A stretch of 63,997 nt of DNA, filler included, from Stramenopiles sp. TOSAG23-2 (Eukaryota): the NCBI GenBank assembly GCA_900128395.1. It is 6 parts of 6 records of this genome, joined end to end, with 100 filler letters (N's around TTAATTAATTAA, not from the genome) between each part and the next. Parts side by side here need not be neighbours in the genome. Positions count along the whole stretch, not along the records: positions 10,881 to 21,644 come from LT649992.1; positions 21,745 to 32,479 come from LT649994.1; 4 more parts are not named here. The stretch is one strand, 5' to 3'. Positions 12,058 to 22,576 of this stretch are shown here, in pieces; the stretch's first letter is position 1, and each line of letters opens with the position of its first letter. A program made the position numbers and the translations under genes. Under the pieces are notes generated by a model that was given only the letters and a program-made list of their open reading frames with translations, had not been told where the DNA came from and did not search any database.

Positions 12058-12813
12058 TGTTTCTGTGCTGTGTCCCCTACCACCAAATTTCGGGCTCTCA
12101 CGCGTTTACGATAGTATTACGCTTACGAGCAAAACTCCTAAAACAGGTAAAATAGGTACAAAAACGTGCCGTAGCATTCACCACATCGGTTTGCCTATCA
12201 TATTGTACCGATTAAAAATATCCGCAACTGGTTCATTAGCACTCACACAGTATGGCTTTTTTTTCTATTCGGACCGATACATCTAAAAAAAGACTTGTAA
12301 TACAACACCAAAATAGTATTACAAACAACAACCCGAATCGGTGAAAAAGAATCCGTGTACTCCGCCTTCGATAAGATAGTCTGGATGTCTGGATAATATC
12401 TTACTATAACTAATAACTATGCCTGGTGGTAGACTAAAAGTCACAGAAGTGCACAAAAGTAGAAGCACGAAGTCAGAAGTCTGGAAAGTGCGAAAGTCAG
12501 AAAGTCTGAAAATACCATTACCATGGATATAGCACTTTACTACCATCACCATCATCTATTTTATTTATTAAGCTTCTTTTTATTTTATTATTATTATTAT
12601 GTTTTTTGTTTTTTTAGCATCATCATCACTTTACAAGGTTGTACTATATGATGTATTAATACACTTACTTTACACTTTACAAAACTTATTCGTTATTATA
12701 AATTGATTTACCCATACAGGCATATCATCAAAAATCTTTTTTCATATTGATGTAAAAATCTTATCTATACAGACACATAGATTGTACAACTATACAATAT
12801 ACCTGATAAAACC

Positions 12814-13527
12814 ATGAATAATATTACTATAACTATTAAAGGAAATAACGAACATCCTGTCCATGAAGAACTGGAAGAAATGAAAGCTTTAATTCAAAAA
12901 AATTACACAGTTGTAAAACAAACAGAATCTGAAAGTGATAATGGTATACCAAAAGTTAAACTGACTGTGGAACTTGGAACACCAGTCAGGCCTGTTAAAA
13001 GAAAAAATGCAGAAATGAATGGGTCGTCTACTACTTTGTTTTCTTCGCCTAAAAGATCAAAGATGGTTGTTGATGATGATGATGAAGCAGTGGGTTCGAT
13101 ACAAAATATGGATGATAGTAATGAAGAAGCAGAGCCAACACAAGAATTATTTGATGACAGTGGTGATGAAGAAGCAGAGCCAATACAAGAACTTAAAATT
13201 TCAAAATCATTTTTAACTGTCTTAGAGTTGGCCAAACTAATTGGATCTAAGTTGGATAACCGTGGGAAAGCAAGCACTATAAGAGGGAAATTACGAAATA
13301 AAGAAGATATTACAAGCACCTTTTGGAAGAGTGAGAGAAAGCAAACAATGTGGCAAATTCCTACAAAAGAATTAGCAAAGGTTGCATTAGAAAATGGTGA
13401 TAATAATGGCCCATATGATCAGTTACTAAAAGCTGTAAGTTACAAAAAAGCTAATGGTGGAAAATTTAAAGGCGGTTTGAGAGAAGTATATGCTACTATT
13501 AAATCAAAACTATTAATAATGCATTAA
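12814..13527 (+). CDS. Hypothetical protein (acidic repeats, NLS-like motifs, possible C-terminal helical DNA-binding domain)
   Basis: ATG-initiated 237-aa ORF; PVKRK and PKRSK motifs; duplicated DDS.EEAEP.QEL. Confidence 0.6.
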   Translation: MNNITITIKGNNEHPVHEELEEMKALIQKNYTVVKQTESESDNGIPKVKLTVELGTPVRPVKRKNAEMNGSSTTLFSSPKRSKMVVDDDDEAVGSIQNMDDSNEEAEPTQELFDDSGDEEAEPIQELKISKSFLTVLELAKLIGSKLDNRGKASTIRGKLRNKEDITSTFWKSERKQTMWQIPTKELAKVALENGDNNGPYDQLLKAVSYKKANGGKFKGGLREVYATIKSKLLIMH

Positions 13528-13835
13528 TATACATATCAACATATATAAAAAACAACATTTTTTTAAATTTTATTATTATAATGTTTTTATACGTACGCAG
13601 CAATGCTAAAATCATCTCATATTTTTTTACAAACTTCTGGTAACTAATTTCCCTTTCAAGTAACAGGTACAAATTATTGGCCATTTTTGATAGTTGAAGA
13701 AATCTATGAAACTAATCAAGACAAAAAAAATTTCTCATTTGAAAAAATAATAAAAATAAATATACGAGCGCTATATACGGAGAGGTGTCTCGTATTTTTT
13801 TTACGCCATTCGTACGAACCATATTAATCTCGACG

Positions 13836-14340
13836 TTATTCATATAATAATTTTTCACCATCCTCCTCTCCCTCATCTTCTCCCTTCACTTCATTTGGGT
13901 CATCTTTCCACAACGAAACCAAATTTGATAATCGTTCTTTCATCTGTTTATCATACCGTTCAAGTTTAGAAAGGCTTAAAACATATTTTGCATCTGCAAG
14001 TTGTTGATCTAATTTTTCCATGCGAATCAAATTTCCAATTTCGCTGTGTTTGTGTTTCACACCATGATCTTCAACTTCTTTTTCAACCTCAAGTAAATTT
14101 TCCTTAATTTGATTAATCATTGACACCGCAATTTTTGCTGTCAACATGCCCATTCCACTACGTTTTGAAATTTCTAATAATATGTTTCCAAGTGCATTCC
14201 GTCTACTTTCTATTTTTTTAACATTGCGTCTAGCAAGGCATTTCATTGCAAATCTGTATAATATTTGTTGGTGTTTCTCTTCCAAGTTTGGTGGTTCATC
14301 CATTCGTTTGAATATTTCTTCCTCTAGCAAACCCAAGGCT
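13836..14340 (-). pseudogene. 3' fragment of a coiled-coil protein gene (no 5' end)
   Basis: Protein-like helical sequence from LGLLEEEIFKR to the stop; the ORF N-terminus is the antisense of the adjacent LRR fragment. Confidence 0.5.
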
Positions 14341-14531
14341 TGCGAAACAATCAAATTGGTGAGCGTGGCGCAATTGCAATTGCATATGCATGTGCTACTA
14401 GCGGCACCCCAGTCGAAACTCCAGTTGGTTATCAAAATTGTTTGAAAACGTTGTTATTAGAAGGAAATCCTGTTGAAGAAAAAGTATTAAAATATGTCGA
14501 AGAAAGCATTCTTCTCTCTCCGTCGTTGTAA
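14340..14531 (+). pseudogene. 3' fragment of an RNI-like leucine-rich-repeat gene
   Basis: LRNNQIGERGAIAIA and LKTLLLEGNPV LRR units; no ATG. Confidence 0.6.
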
Positions 14532-15149
14532 GTGTTGTATTATTAGCGTGTATTTTGTTTTGGAGAGTAGGAATTATTACATGAGTAACTTTAGAAAATA
14601 AATTGTGTAAAAATGTATTACGTTTGTATTAATATAATGAAATGATGTACATGTAATACGAGTATAAAGGTCTAGTACGAAACTCGCTTCGTACATTTCT
14701 TTAAACTTTCCAAAAGCCATTTTTTTAGTCTTCGCGTCTCGCAACTTGCCCTACCCGACACAATCGTGTATACTCGCTCGAGCTATACGTAAAAAAAAAA
14801 AAATAATACAAAATCTGATAGGGATATAAATTGATATAATGCTATGTGTATATTATCTTCGAATACAATGATATACACATGCTATTTTTAAAAATCAATA
14901 GTGTATCGTTTTAATTAGACAGGATCGAGGAGCGGAGCGAGTATAAACTTGCCCCTGTCTGTGTGTGTGCCATCTGGCCATCACAAGAGTATGGCGGCAG
15001 TTTCTGATTCCTGAAAATAATATGACAGCTGGAAATAGCACTACATAGCATTAATTAGAGACGATTCGATCTATGAGTAATGCGTCAGTTTCTGAACCAT
15101 ATGACAAGCTGCAAATGGGGGATATACAATCACTGGATACGGAGCCTAT

Positions 15150-15473
15150 TTGGCATTAAAAAGAGACGGTTCCATCCATGGATTTGGGATGACGGAGAAT
15201 GGTGCAGTGATACAAGTACCAGCTAGCTTAAGTAATAAAGGTCAAAATGTAGTAGATATTGCAGCCAGTACCAGGGGGGCGTTTGTTGCTGTTAAATCCT
15301 GTAACGGGGATACGTATACAGATGATAATTATCAATGCATACCATGTGGTACTGGTAAATCAACAAATGGTGGGATTGGAAATCTTGGCAAATCCACATG
15401 CATTAATTGTCCGGCAGGAAAATCTAGAAGTGAGTTAGAGGAACAATGCCAACCCTGCAAAGAGCGGTACTAA
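15150..15473 (+). pseudogene. Fragment with RCC1-like repeat plus Cys-rich GCC2/GCC3 (ephrin-receptor-like) repeats
   Basis: ALKRDGSIHGFG...VVDIAASTRGAFVAVK followed by CIPCGTGK, CINCPAGK, CQPC; no ATG start. Confidence 0.6.
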
Positions 15474-15960
15474 TTCTAAAATCTACAAAATTTTGGAAAT
15501 TATAAGTATACCGGAGAGTAAGATATAAAAATGCAAGAAATATCATTAAAGAGCTAATTAATATATTTCTATTATCCTTTACTTTTATATCGTTTAATTC
15601 AATATCTTTTTTATTCATTTTACTTTATAAAAAACAATTAGTATTTTTCTATTTTAGAATATATATATATGATGTTTCTATATGTGGGTTCATATTTCAA
15701 TTTCTACCAAATTTCTAAATATCAGTACCCAACGAATAGTTGCCATGATACAAACTCATACAAACTCATACATTATGCACGTATGAGTTTTAAAAGAGAT
15801 CCCAGACTGGCAGACAGACAAATTTTAAATGTCTCGTGTGTTTGACATAACCCTATTTCTAACTATAGCTGGAAAAGACATAGTGCTATGATAGTGCTAA
15901 TATCGGATATTTATATTGACACAAATCTATTAGTTTTGTAATTTCGGTCAAATGGCAATA

Positions 15961-17065
15961 TATCAAATTTATCACGGATGAGTTTTAAAGGTGTGGAGAG
16001 ATGTGTTCAAAATACAACAATAATATCAAGTCCTCGTACTAAAGGATATAAATGGTAAAGTATATCACGTACAGTCCCTATCAAATTTGTCACGGATGAG
16101 TTTTAAGAGATGTGTTCAAAATACAACAATAATATCTAGTCCTCGTACTAAAGGATATAAATGGTAAAGTATATCACGTACAGTCCCTATCAAATTTGTC
16201 ACGGATGAGTTTTAAGAGATGTGTTCAAAATACAACAATAATATCTAGTCCTCGTACTAAAGGATATAAATGGTAAAGTATATCACGTACAGTCCCTATC
16301 AAATTTATCACGGATGAGTTTTAAGAGATGTGTTCAAAATACAACAATAATATCTAGTCCTCGTACTAAAGGATATAAATGGTAAAGTATATCACGTACA
16401 GTCCCTATCAAATTTATCACGGATGAGTTTTAAGAGATGTGTTCAAAATACAACAATAACTATACCAGTCCTCGTACTAAAGGATATAAATGGTAGAGCT
16501 GCTCCGTTTTATGTCGGGTGGTCGGGTAGTGGGGGTGGGGGGTGTTCAAACGCTTCAAATGCTCCATATGCTCCATCTGCCGATATTAAAATTTACAACA
16601 CTTAAATAATTAAATTTTCAGTTTTCGAATAATTTTTATTATAAGTCACATAATACTAGTTAAGGTAATTAAAATACTAATCGTTAAATAACTACTAATA
16701 TTTAACATATAATAATGTAAGAAGTATATAATTAAATTATATACTTATTACACTACGTGTTTATATAGATTAATTTTAGTCTAGTTTAGTCGGTTAATTA
16801 CCTTAACTAGTATTATGTGACTAATAATAATTTTTATTCGAAAACTGAAAATTTAATTATTTAAGTGTTGTAAATTTTAATATCGAATAATTTTTATTCG
16901 AAAACTGAAAATTTAATTATTTAAGTGTTGTAAATTTTAATATCGGCAGATGGAGCATATGGAGCATTTGAAGCGTTTGAACACCCCCCACCCCCACTAC
17001 CCGACCACCCGACATAAAACGGAGCAGCTCTAAAGTATATCACGTACAGTCCCTATCAAATTTAT
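15961..17065. repeat. 109-bp tandem repeat array (5 units plus a stub; last unit interrupted by a MITE)
   Basis: Units start at 15961 (118 bp, with a 9-bp insertion), 16079, 16188, 16297, 16406; unit 5 resumes at 17031. Confidence 0.97.
16496..17030. mobile_element. Non-autonomous foldback/MITE element, 535 bp, long TIRs, TA target-site duplication
   Basis: GAGCTGCTCCGTTTTATGTCGGG...CCCGACATAAAACGGAGCAGCTC; ~137 bp perfect TIR, imperfect to ~175 bp; TA on both sides; empty site aaatggTAaagtatat in neighbouring repeat units. Confidence 0.95.
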
Positions 17066-17222
17066 GAGGATTTTGTGATTGGGCCTTTTTGAAATATATA
17101 TATAAAAAGGGGGGAGGTGCGGAGAGGAAAAATATATAACAAGATGTGTTAAACGAAAAGATGTATTGATACTTAGATGTACATACAGACAGAACAAACA
17201 AAATTAAACAAAAGGCAACAAA

Positions 17223-18095
17223 ATGAAATCTGTTGTTGTACGATTCATAGCAATCATTGCATTATTAGCAATAATTACAAATGCTAGAAAATTAGATACA
17301 AAAAATAATAAAGTTAATATAAATGATATATTAACTAATAACCTTGTGCCTTTGCAGCCTCACTGGGTGCCTTCATTAAGCACGTTGATTACTACTACTG
17401 GTGGTAAAAATTGCAAACCGGGTTATCATTACACAAAGTATCATGGTGATTATCTTGAATCACATGTTAGGACTAGCAAAATGTTTCTTAAAAATGGCCA
17501 TTGTTTGGGGCATGTATCAGCTTTGGAATGTAAGAATGTTGCAAATGCAAATGGTTTTAAATTCAAAGAAACTATGGGAAGATCATATCCTCCAGGTTGC
17601 TATTCTCTTGGTTCATCAATGTATTTTAATCAAAACAAAGATACAGGGATACCATGTGGCACAAGTGGCCGTGTCTGTTTTTGTAAATCTCATTGCACTC
17701 CATGTCCTGAAAATCATTACAGTGACGGTGGACAAGCGCTATGCAAACCATGTCGAAAAGACCAATTTAGTAACGCCGGTAGTGCAGCGTGTCAAATTAA
17801 AACGGAAGTAATTACGGGCAAGTTGACCAATTTAAAAGAACAAATGGATAAAATGAAAGAGGAAAGAAGTGATAGCCATACCAATTTAGAACGTTTGTAT
17901 CAAGATATGAAAGTACGTAAAGCATATGAAACGCTTATGCTATCGAAACAGAAGAAGGAGAAAGAACTTACGATGGAAGATTGTAAACGAGATCGTAAGA
18001 TGAAAACGCTCCTCTTTCCATCTGTTGAATTGAAAGAGGAAGTGGATGATAACACATGCATTAATAAAAACCGAGATATCATGCTAGATTATTAA
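17223..18095 (+). CDS. Secreted Cys-rich protein with GCC2/GCC3-like repeats and C-terminal coiled coil
   Basis: Signal peptide MKSVVVRFIAIIALLAIITNA; YPPGCY...CFCK module; CTPCPENHYS...CKPCRKDQFS. Confidence 0.75.
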   Translation: MKSVVVRFIAIIALLAIITNARKLDTKNNKVNINDILTNNLVPLQPHWVPSLSTLITTTGGKNCKPGYHYTKYHGDYLESHVRTSKMFLKNGHCLGHVSALECKNVANANGFKFKETMGRSYPPGCYSLGSSMYFNQNKDTGIPCGTSGRVCFCKSHCTPCPENHYSDGGQALCKPCRKDQFSNAGSAACQIKTEVITGKLTNLKEQMDKMKEERSDSHTNLERLYQDMKVRKAYETLMLSKQKKEKELTMEDCKRDRKMKTLLFPSVELKEEVDDNTCINKNRDIMLDY

Positions 18096-18608
18096 ATAAA
18101 CATATACGAAGAAGGTTGCTAGGAAGAGGCTTTGCAGTGTCGTAAAAAGCATATATATTTTAATTTATATAATACATGTGAGTGTATGAGAAAATTTATA
18201 TATATATAGACTATATCAAATATTTATTAATTTACACGGAATAGCAGATTCCAATAGAAGGTTTAACTTCGAGACGTAAAGATTTAATTTACACATAATT
18301 TATTGTTTTAATTTAATCTCCCCTCACCCTTCTTGGGACTTTTGTTTGATCCAAAATCAATATAATAGTGAATGGTTATAAAAATTAACATGGACACACC
18401 AGCTGTTTAATCGGTTTTCAGGTTTAGATCGGGCATACATATATATACATATATATATGTATAAATGATCTTTTAGAACAACAACAAAATTCGTTTCTTC
18501 TTCTGTCGTTTTTGGTGCTTTGCGGTGTGGTGTGACATTTTAATTTGAATATATATAATTAATAAATAATTTTTTGGAACAACAACAAATTCGTTTCTGT
18601 GTTTGCGG

Positions 18609-18641
<33 letters not shown>

Positions 18642-18683
18642 CTGGTATATATCAATTGTATTATTGTAGAATAAATACAACAA

Positions 18684-21173
18684 ATGGATGATAATAATAA
18701 GTATAAAAAAAATGATGAAATTCATAAAAAAATTCATGGAAAGAAAATAAAACCAAAGAAAATAGATAAACCTGGACCAACATTATTTCGTATATGTGCA
18801 ATTATTATCTATGCAACGTTAGATATATTGATACCAACTGCTTTATTATATGCAGAATACGATCAAAATTTAAACAACTTTGTAAACCAAGAATTTCTTA
18901 GTGGATATAATATTACTAGTAGTGGTATTGATATATCATTTATATGTTTCTTTCGTGCTCTTTTAACTGCCGTATTTGGTTTTTTTTTAGGCCTTTGGAT
19001 GCCAATAGCTTTCACTGTTCATATAGTAGCAATAATTTTATTAATCATTAAAAGTATTGTTGTATCAACAAGTTGGTGGAATGGTTATAGAACAGCTATT
19101 TTTATTTGTAGTTTGATTTTTGGTTTTTATCAACTACGTATGTCATGGAAAATGAGGAAAGTTGTAGAAACATTGGATAAAAAAGTATCAACTACTACAT
19201 TTGATGATGTAGAAAGTGGTAACATGACAACAACAAGTGATAGTGAGAAAAATAAAGATGACGAGAAAGAAGATTCATCATCTATTGAACGATTATTGAT
19301 GTTAGCAAAACCAGAAAAATATTTATTACTTGTTGGTACTATAGCCCTTGTATTTGCAAACATTGCAACATTAATTATACCAGCATTATTTGGCCAATTG
19401 ATTAATTTATTAGCACAAAGTAAATCTATTGAACAAGGTGAAATAGAATTATCAAATATAGTCATTTCGTTAATTATATGGGTGATTATTATGGCATTTT
19501 TTACTTTCTTACGGGGATGGCTTTATACATTAGCTGGGGAAAGATTAGTTGCAAGATTTAGAAAACAATTATTTGATAAAATAGCACATCATGATATTTC
19601 ATTTTTTGATAAAATTCAATCTGGTGAATTAGTAAATCGACTTGCATCAGATACAAATGTTGTACAAAACGCAGTGACGGTGAATATATCAATGGCATTG
19701 CGATTTACAGGACAAGGGATGATTGGCCTTGTAATTATATTTTTAATTTCACCAAAATTGACTGGATTAATGTTTACTGTTGTTCCTGTTGTCATGGGAT
19801 TTGCTATTTGTTATGGTAGATATTTGAAAAAAATTGGTAAAAAATACCAAGAATCACTTGCAAAAGCAGGTGAGATTGCAACGGAGGTAATTGGCAATAT
19901 GAGAACCGTAAGAAGTTTCGGACGTGAAAATATGGAACATGGTAGATATAGCAATGCAATTATGGATTCGTTCAAACAAGGCAGAGCACGGGCATTTGTT
20001 TATGGTTCCTTTGCTGGTGCAATGGGACTTTTGTCATATACGGCAATAACAACTGTTTTATGGTATGGTGGAACCTTAGTAATACGTGGAGAAATGAAAC
20101 CTGGTACATTAATATCGTTTTTATTGTATACTATTTTTATTGCCTCCGCGCTTGGTGCATTAACAAGTGTGTTTGGTCAATTGATGACTGCTGTTGGTAG
20201 TTCGGATAGATTATTTGAAATTTTAGATTTGGAACCAGAAATCAATTCATATCCAAATAGTGGTGGACGAATTCCTAATATCATAAATAAAGCTAGTGGT
20301 ATCGTTGTCGAGGAAAAAGATCATAAGGAAGAAAAATCTATTAATAAATCCTATCACGTTGATAGTAGTAGTGATGAAGAAACAATCAAAGGAGAAATAA
20401 CATTTACAAATGTCAATTTTTCATACCCTTCCAGAAGAGATATTAGTGTTTTGAACAATGTTTCGTTTAAAGTAAAAGAAGGAGAAAATGTTGCAATTTG
20501 TGGTCAAAGTGGTGCTGGAAAAAGTACAATTATTCAATTGATTGAACGATTTTATTTACCTACAAATGGATCGATTAAAATATCCTCATTTGATATAAAT
20601 TCATTAGACCATGGGTTTTTACATTCAAATATATCATTAGTTTCGCAAGAGCCGATATTGTTTGCAACGTCTATTCGAGAAAATATTTTATACGGTATTG
20701 ATCGTGATGTACCGATGTTAGAATTAATTGAAGTTGCTAAGAAAGCAAATGCACATAAATTTATTACAGGTTTTCCAGAAGGATATGATACCTTAGTAGG
20801 TGAGCGTGGTGTACAGCTTAGCGGTGGGCAAAAACAAAGAGTAGCAATAGCACGAGCAATATTAATGAATCCATTGATTTTATTGTTAGATGAAGCTACA
20901 TCAGCATTGGACGCTGAATCGGAAGGTGTTGTTCAAGATGCATTAGATCAATTGATGTTAAATCGGACGACAATTGTGATTGCACATCGCTTGAGTACGA
21001 TTAAAAATGCTCATACAATTATGGTAATGCATGATGGTGCAATTGTTGAAAAAGCAAGTGGTGATGGGGATGGTAACTCTGCACATAATCAATTGCTTAG
21101 TAAGACAAATGGTTTGTATTATGAATTGGTAAAAAAACAATTAAGTGGTTTGCAAGATAAAGAGAAGAAGTAA
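18684..21173 (+). CDS. ABC transporter B-family half transporter (TAP-like/ABCB9-ABCB10 type) with extra N-terminal TM domain
   Basis: TMD, Walker A GQSGAGKST, signature LSGGQKQR, Walker B LLLDEATSALD, IAHRLST. Confidence 0.95.
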   Translation: MDDNNKYKKNDEIHKKIHGKKIKPKKIDKPGPTLFRICAIIIYATLDILIPTALLYAEYDQNLNNFVNQEFLSGYNITSSGIDISFICFFRALLTAVFGFFLGLWMPIAFTVHIVAIILLIIKSIVVSTSWWNGYRTAIFICSLIFGFYQLRMSWKMRKVVETLDKKVSTTTFDDVESGNMTTTSDSEKNKDDEKEDSSSIERLLMLAKPEKYLLLVGTIALVFANIATLIIPALFGQLINLLAQSKSIEQGEIELSNIVISLIIWVIIMAFFTFLRGWLYTLAGERLVARFRKQLFDKIAHHDISFFDKIQSGELVNRLASDTNVVQNAVTVNISMALRFTGQGMIGLVIIFLISPKLTGLMFTVVPVVMGFAICYGRYLKKIGKKYQESLAKAGEIATEVIGNMRTVRSFGRENMEHGRYSNAIMDSFKQGRARAFVYGSFAGAMGLLSYTAITTVLWYGGTLVIRGEMKPGTLISFLLYTIFIASALGALTSVFGQLMTAVGSSDRLFEILDLEPEINSYPNSGGRIPNIINKASGIVVEEKDHKEEKSINKSYHVDSSSDEETIKGEITFTNVNFSYPSRRDISVLNNVSFKVKEGENVAICGQSGAGKSTIIQLIERFYLPTNGSIKISSFDINSLDHGFLHSNISLVSQEPILFATSIRENILYGIDRDVPMLELIEVAKKANAHKFITGFPEGYDTLVGERGVQLSGGQKQRVAIARAILMNPLILLLDEATSALDAESEGVVQDALDQLMLNRTTIVIAHRLSTIKNAHTIMVMHDGAIVEKASGDGDGNSAHNQLLSKTNGLYYELVKKQLSGLQDKEKK

Positions 21174-21214
21174 GAGAAAGAGAAAAAAGAAAAGGGTGTT
21201 TGTTATATAATTTA

Positions 21215-21249
<35 letters not shown>

Positions 21250-21644
21250 AATAATAAAAAATAACCACCACCCAGACCACACAGGGCGTGTGTCACATAT
21301 ATTATTTTATTATACAAAAGCAGAGCGCATCAGAGCGCAGACCGGGCAGAGCCAAGAGCACATCAGCAAAAAGCGTTTACGTCACTGTACAATTTAAAAA
21401 TTTGGTTATGCATACTTTTTTTACAGGTATACCTATACTTGAAATACTGTAATACGACAACAACAAAATCCCCTTAAAAACTCTTTCAATAGCTTATTAA
21501 TAACCTCCTAGTATACCGTATAACTGGATTAAGTATAAAAATCGACCCCTAAAACCCCAGCATCATCATTCATAAAAATCTTCTTCTATACCTTGTAAAT
21601 GATCAGGATTGTTAGTGCATTTCAAAATGGCAGTTAATTTAAGT

Positions 21645-21744
21645 NNNNNNNNNNNNNNNNNNNNNNNNNNNNNNNNNNNNNNNNNNNNTTAATTAATTAA
21701 NNNNNNNNNNNNNNNNNNNNNNNNNNNNNNNNNNNNNNNNNNNN
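21645..21744. other. Artificial contig spacer
   Basis: N44-TTAATTAATTAA-N44. Confidence 0.99.
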
Positions 21745-21746
21745 AT

Positions 21747-22576
21747 GAAATTCAGAAAACAGTTGTGTGCTTTGCTCCTGATAAAGCGAATTTGCCACAC
21801 CCCCCGCCATTAACAGAGAAAACATTTGATGGTCACGGTAGCGGTGACATGTGTGGACAATATACATATTCATATGATTGTTTCCCATCTTTACAAAAAT
21901 CATTGTTCATCGATCCACGTCCATTGCCAGAAATGCCAATTGATCCAAAAGAAGCATCTGCAAGCAGTCGCCGTAAAAATGCCGGATTTTGGGTCACTCA
22001 TCCTGGGACGAAGAAAGAGTATAATTCCGATTCAACCATATATTGCGTATGGTTTTTAACATTGGCAGCAATCAGTAGCAACGATGTACAAGACATGGAT
22101 GGTCCAACCACTGCTACAAATAATAAAGTAAGCAATAGGAAAAGAATGAAATCTAGTGTGAAAAGGAGAAGGCAACAATTGCGACGATTGGGTAGCGCAT
22201 TTGAAATTTTGAATCGAATGAAACAGCAACAGATCGGACGTGATGAATTAATTTATAAATCATTAATTGATGCATCTGGGAGATGTGGTAGCACCCATCA
22301 TGCCTTATTAGTTTTAAAGCATATGAAAGAAGATGGCTTGAAGCCAGATTCATTGTTTTTTTCATGCCTTGCAAGTGCATTTTCGATGGATACGACAATA
22401 CCAATGGTAGGCACGTTGCCATTAGGTTTACTTGATGCATGGGAAGATAATATGAAAGATGATGATCAGAAAAATACTCCGTCATCAACTCCACAATCGG
22501 CAGCAAAAATATTGTCAAGTTCCTCCCTGCCATCAACAGCAAAAAAGACGAGTGCGATGTCTTTTTCCTCGTATTT
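21747..22576 (+). CDS. Inverted downstream part of the DENN gene, containing PPR repeats
   Basis: Begins EIQKTVVCFAPDKANLP, shared with the end of the DENN ORF; PPR units DELIYKSLIDASGRCG...ALLVLKHMKEDGLKPDSLFFSCLASAF. Confidence 0.8.

Noticed and set aside
15961-16495. CRISPR-like array
   Set aside because: Units are identical throughout with no unique spacers, no cas genes, eukaryotic context
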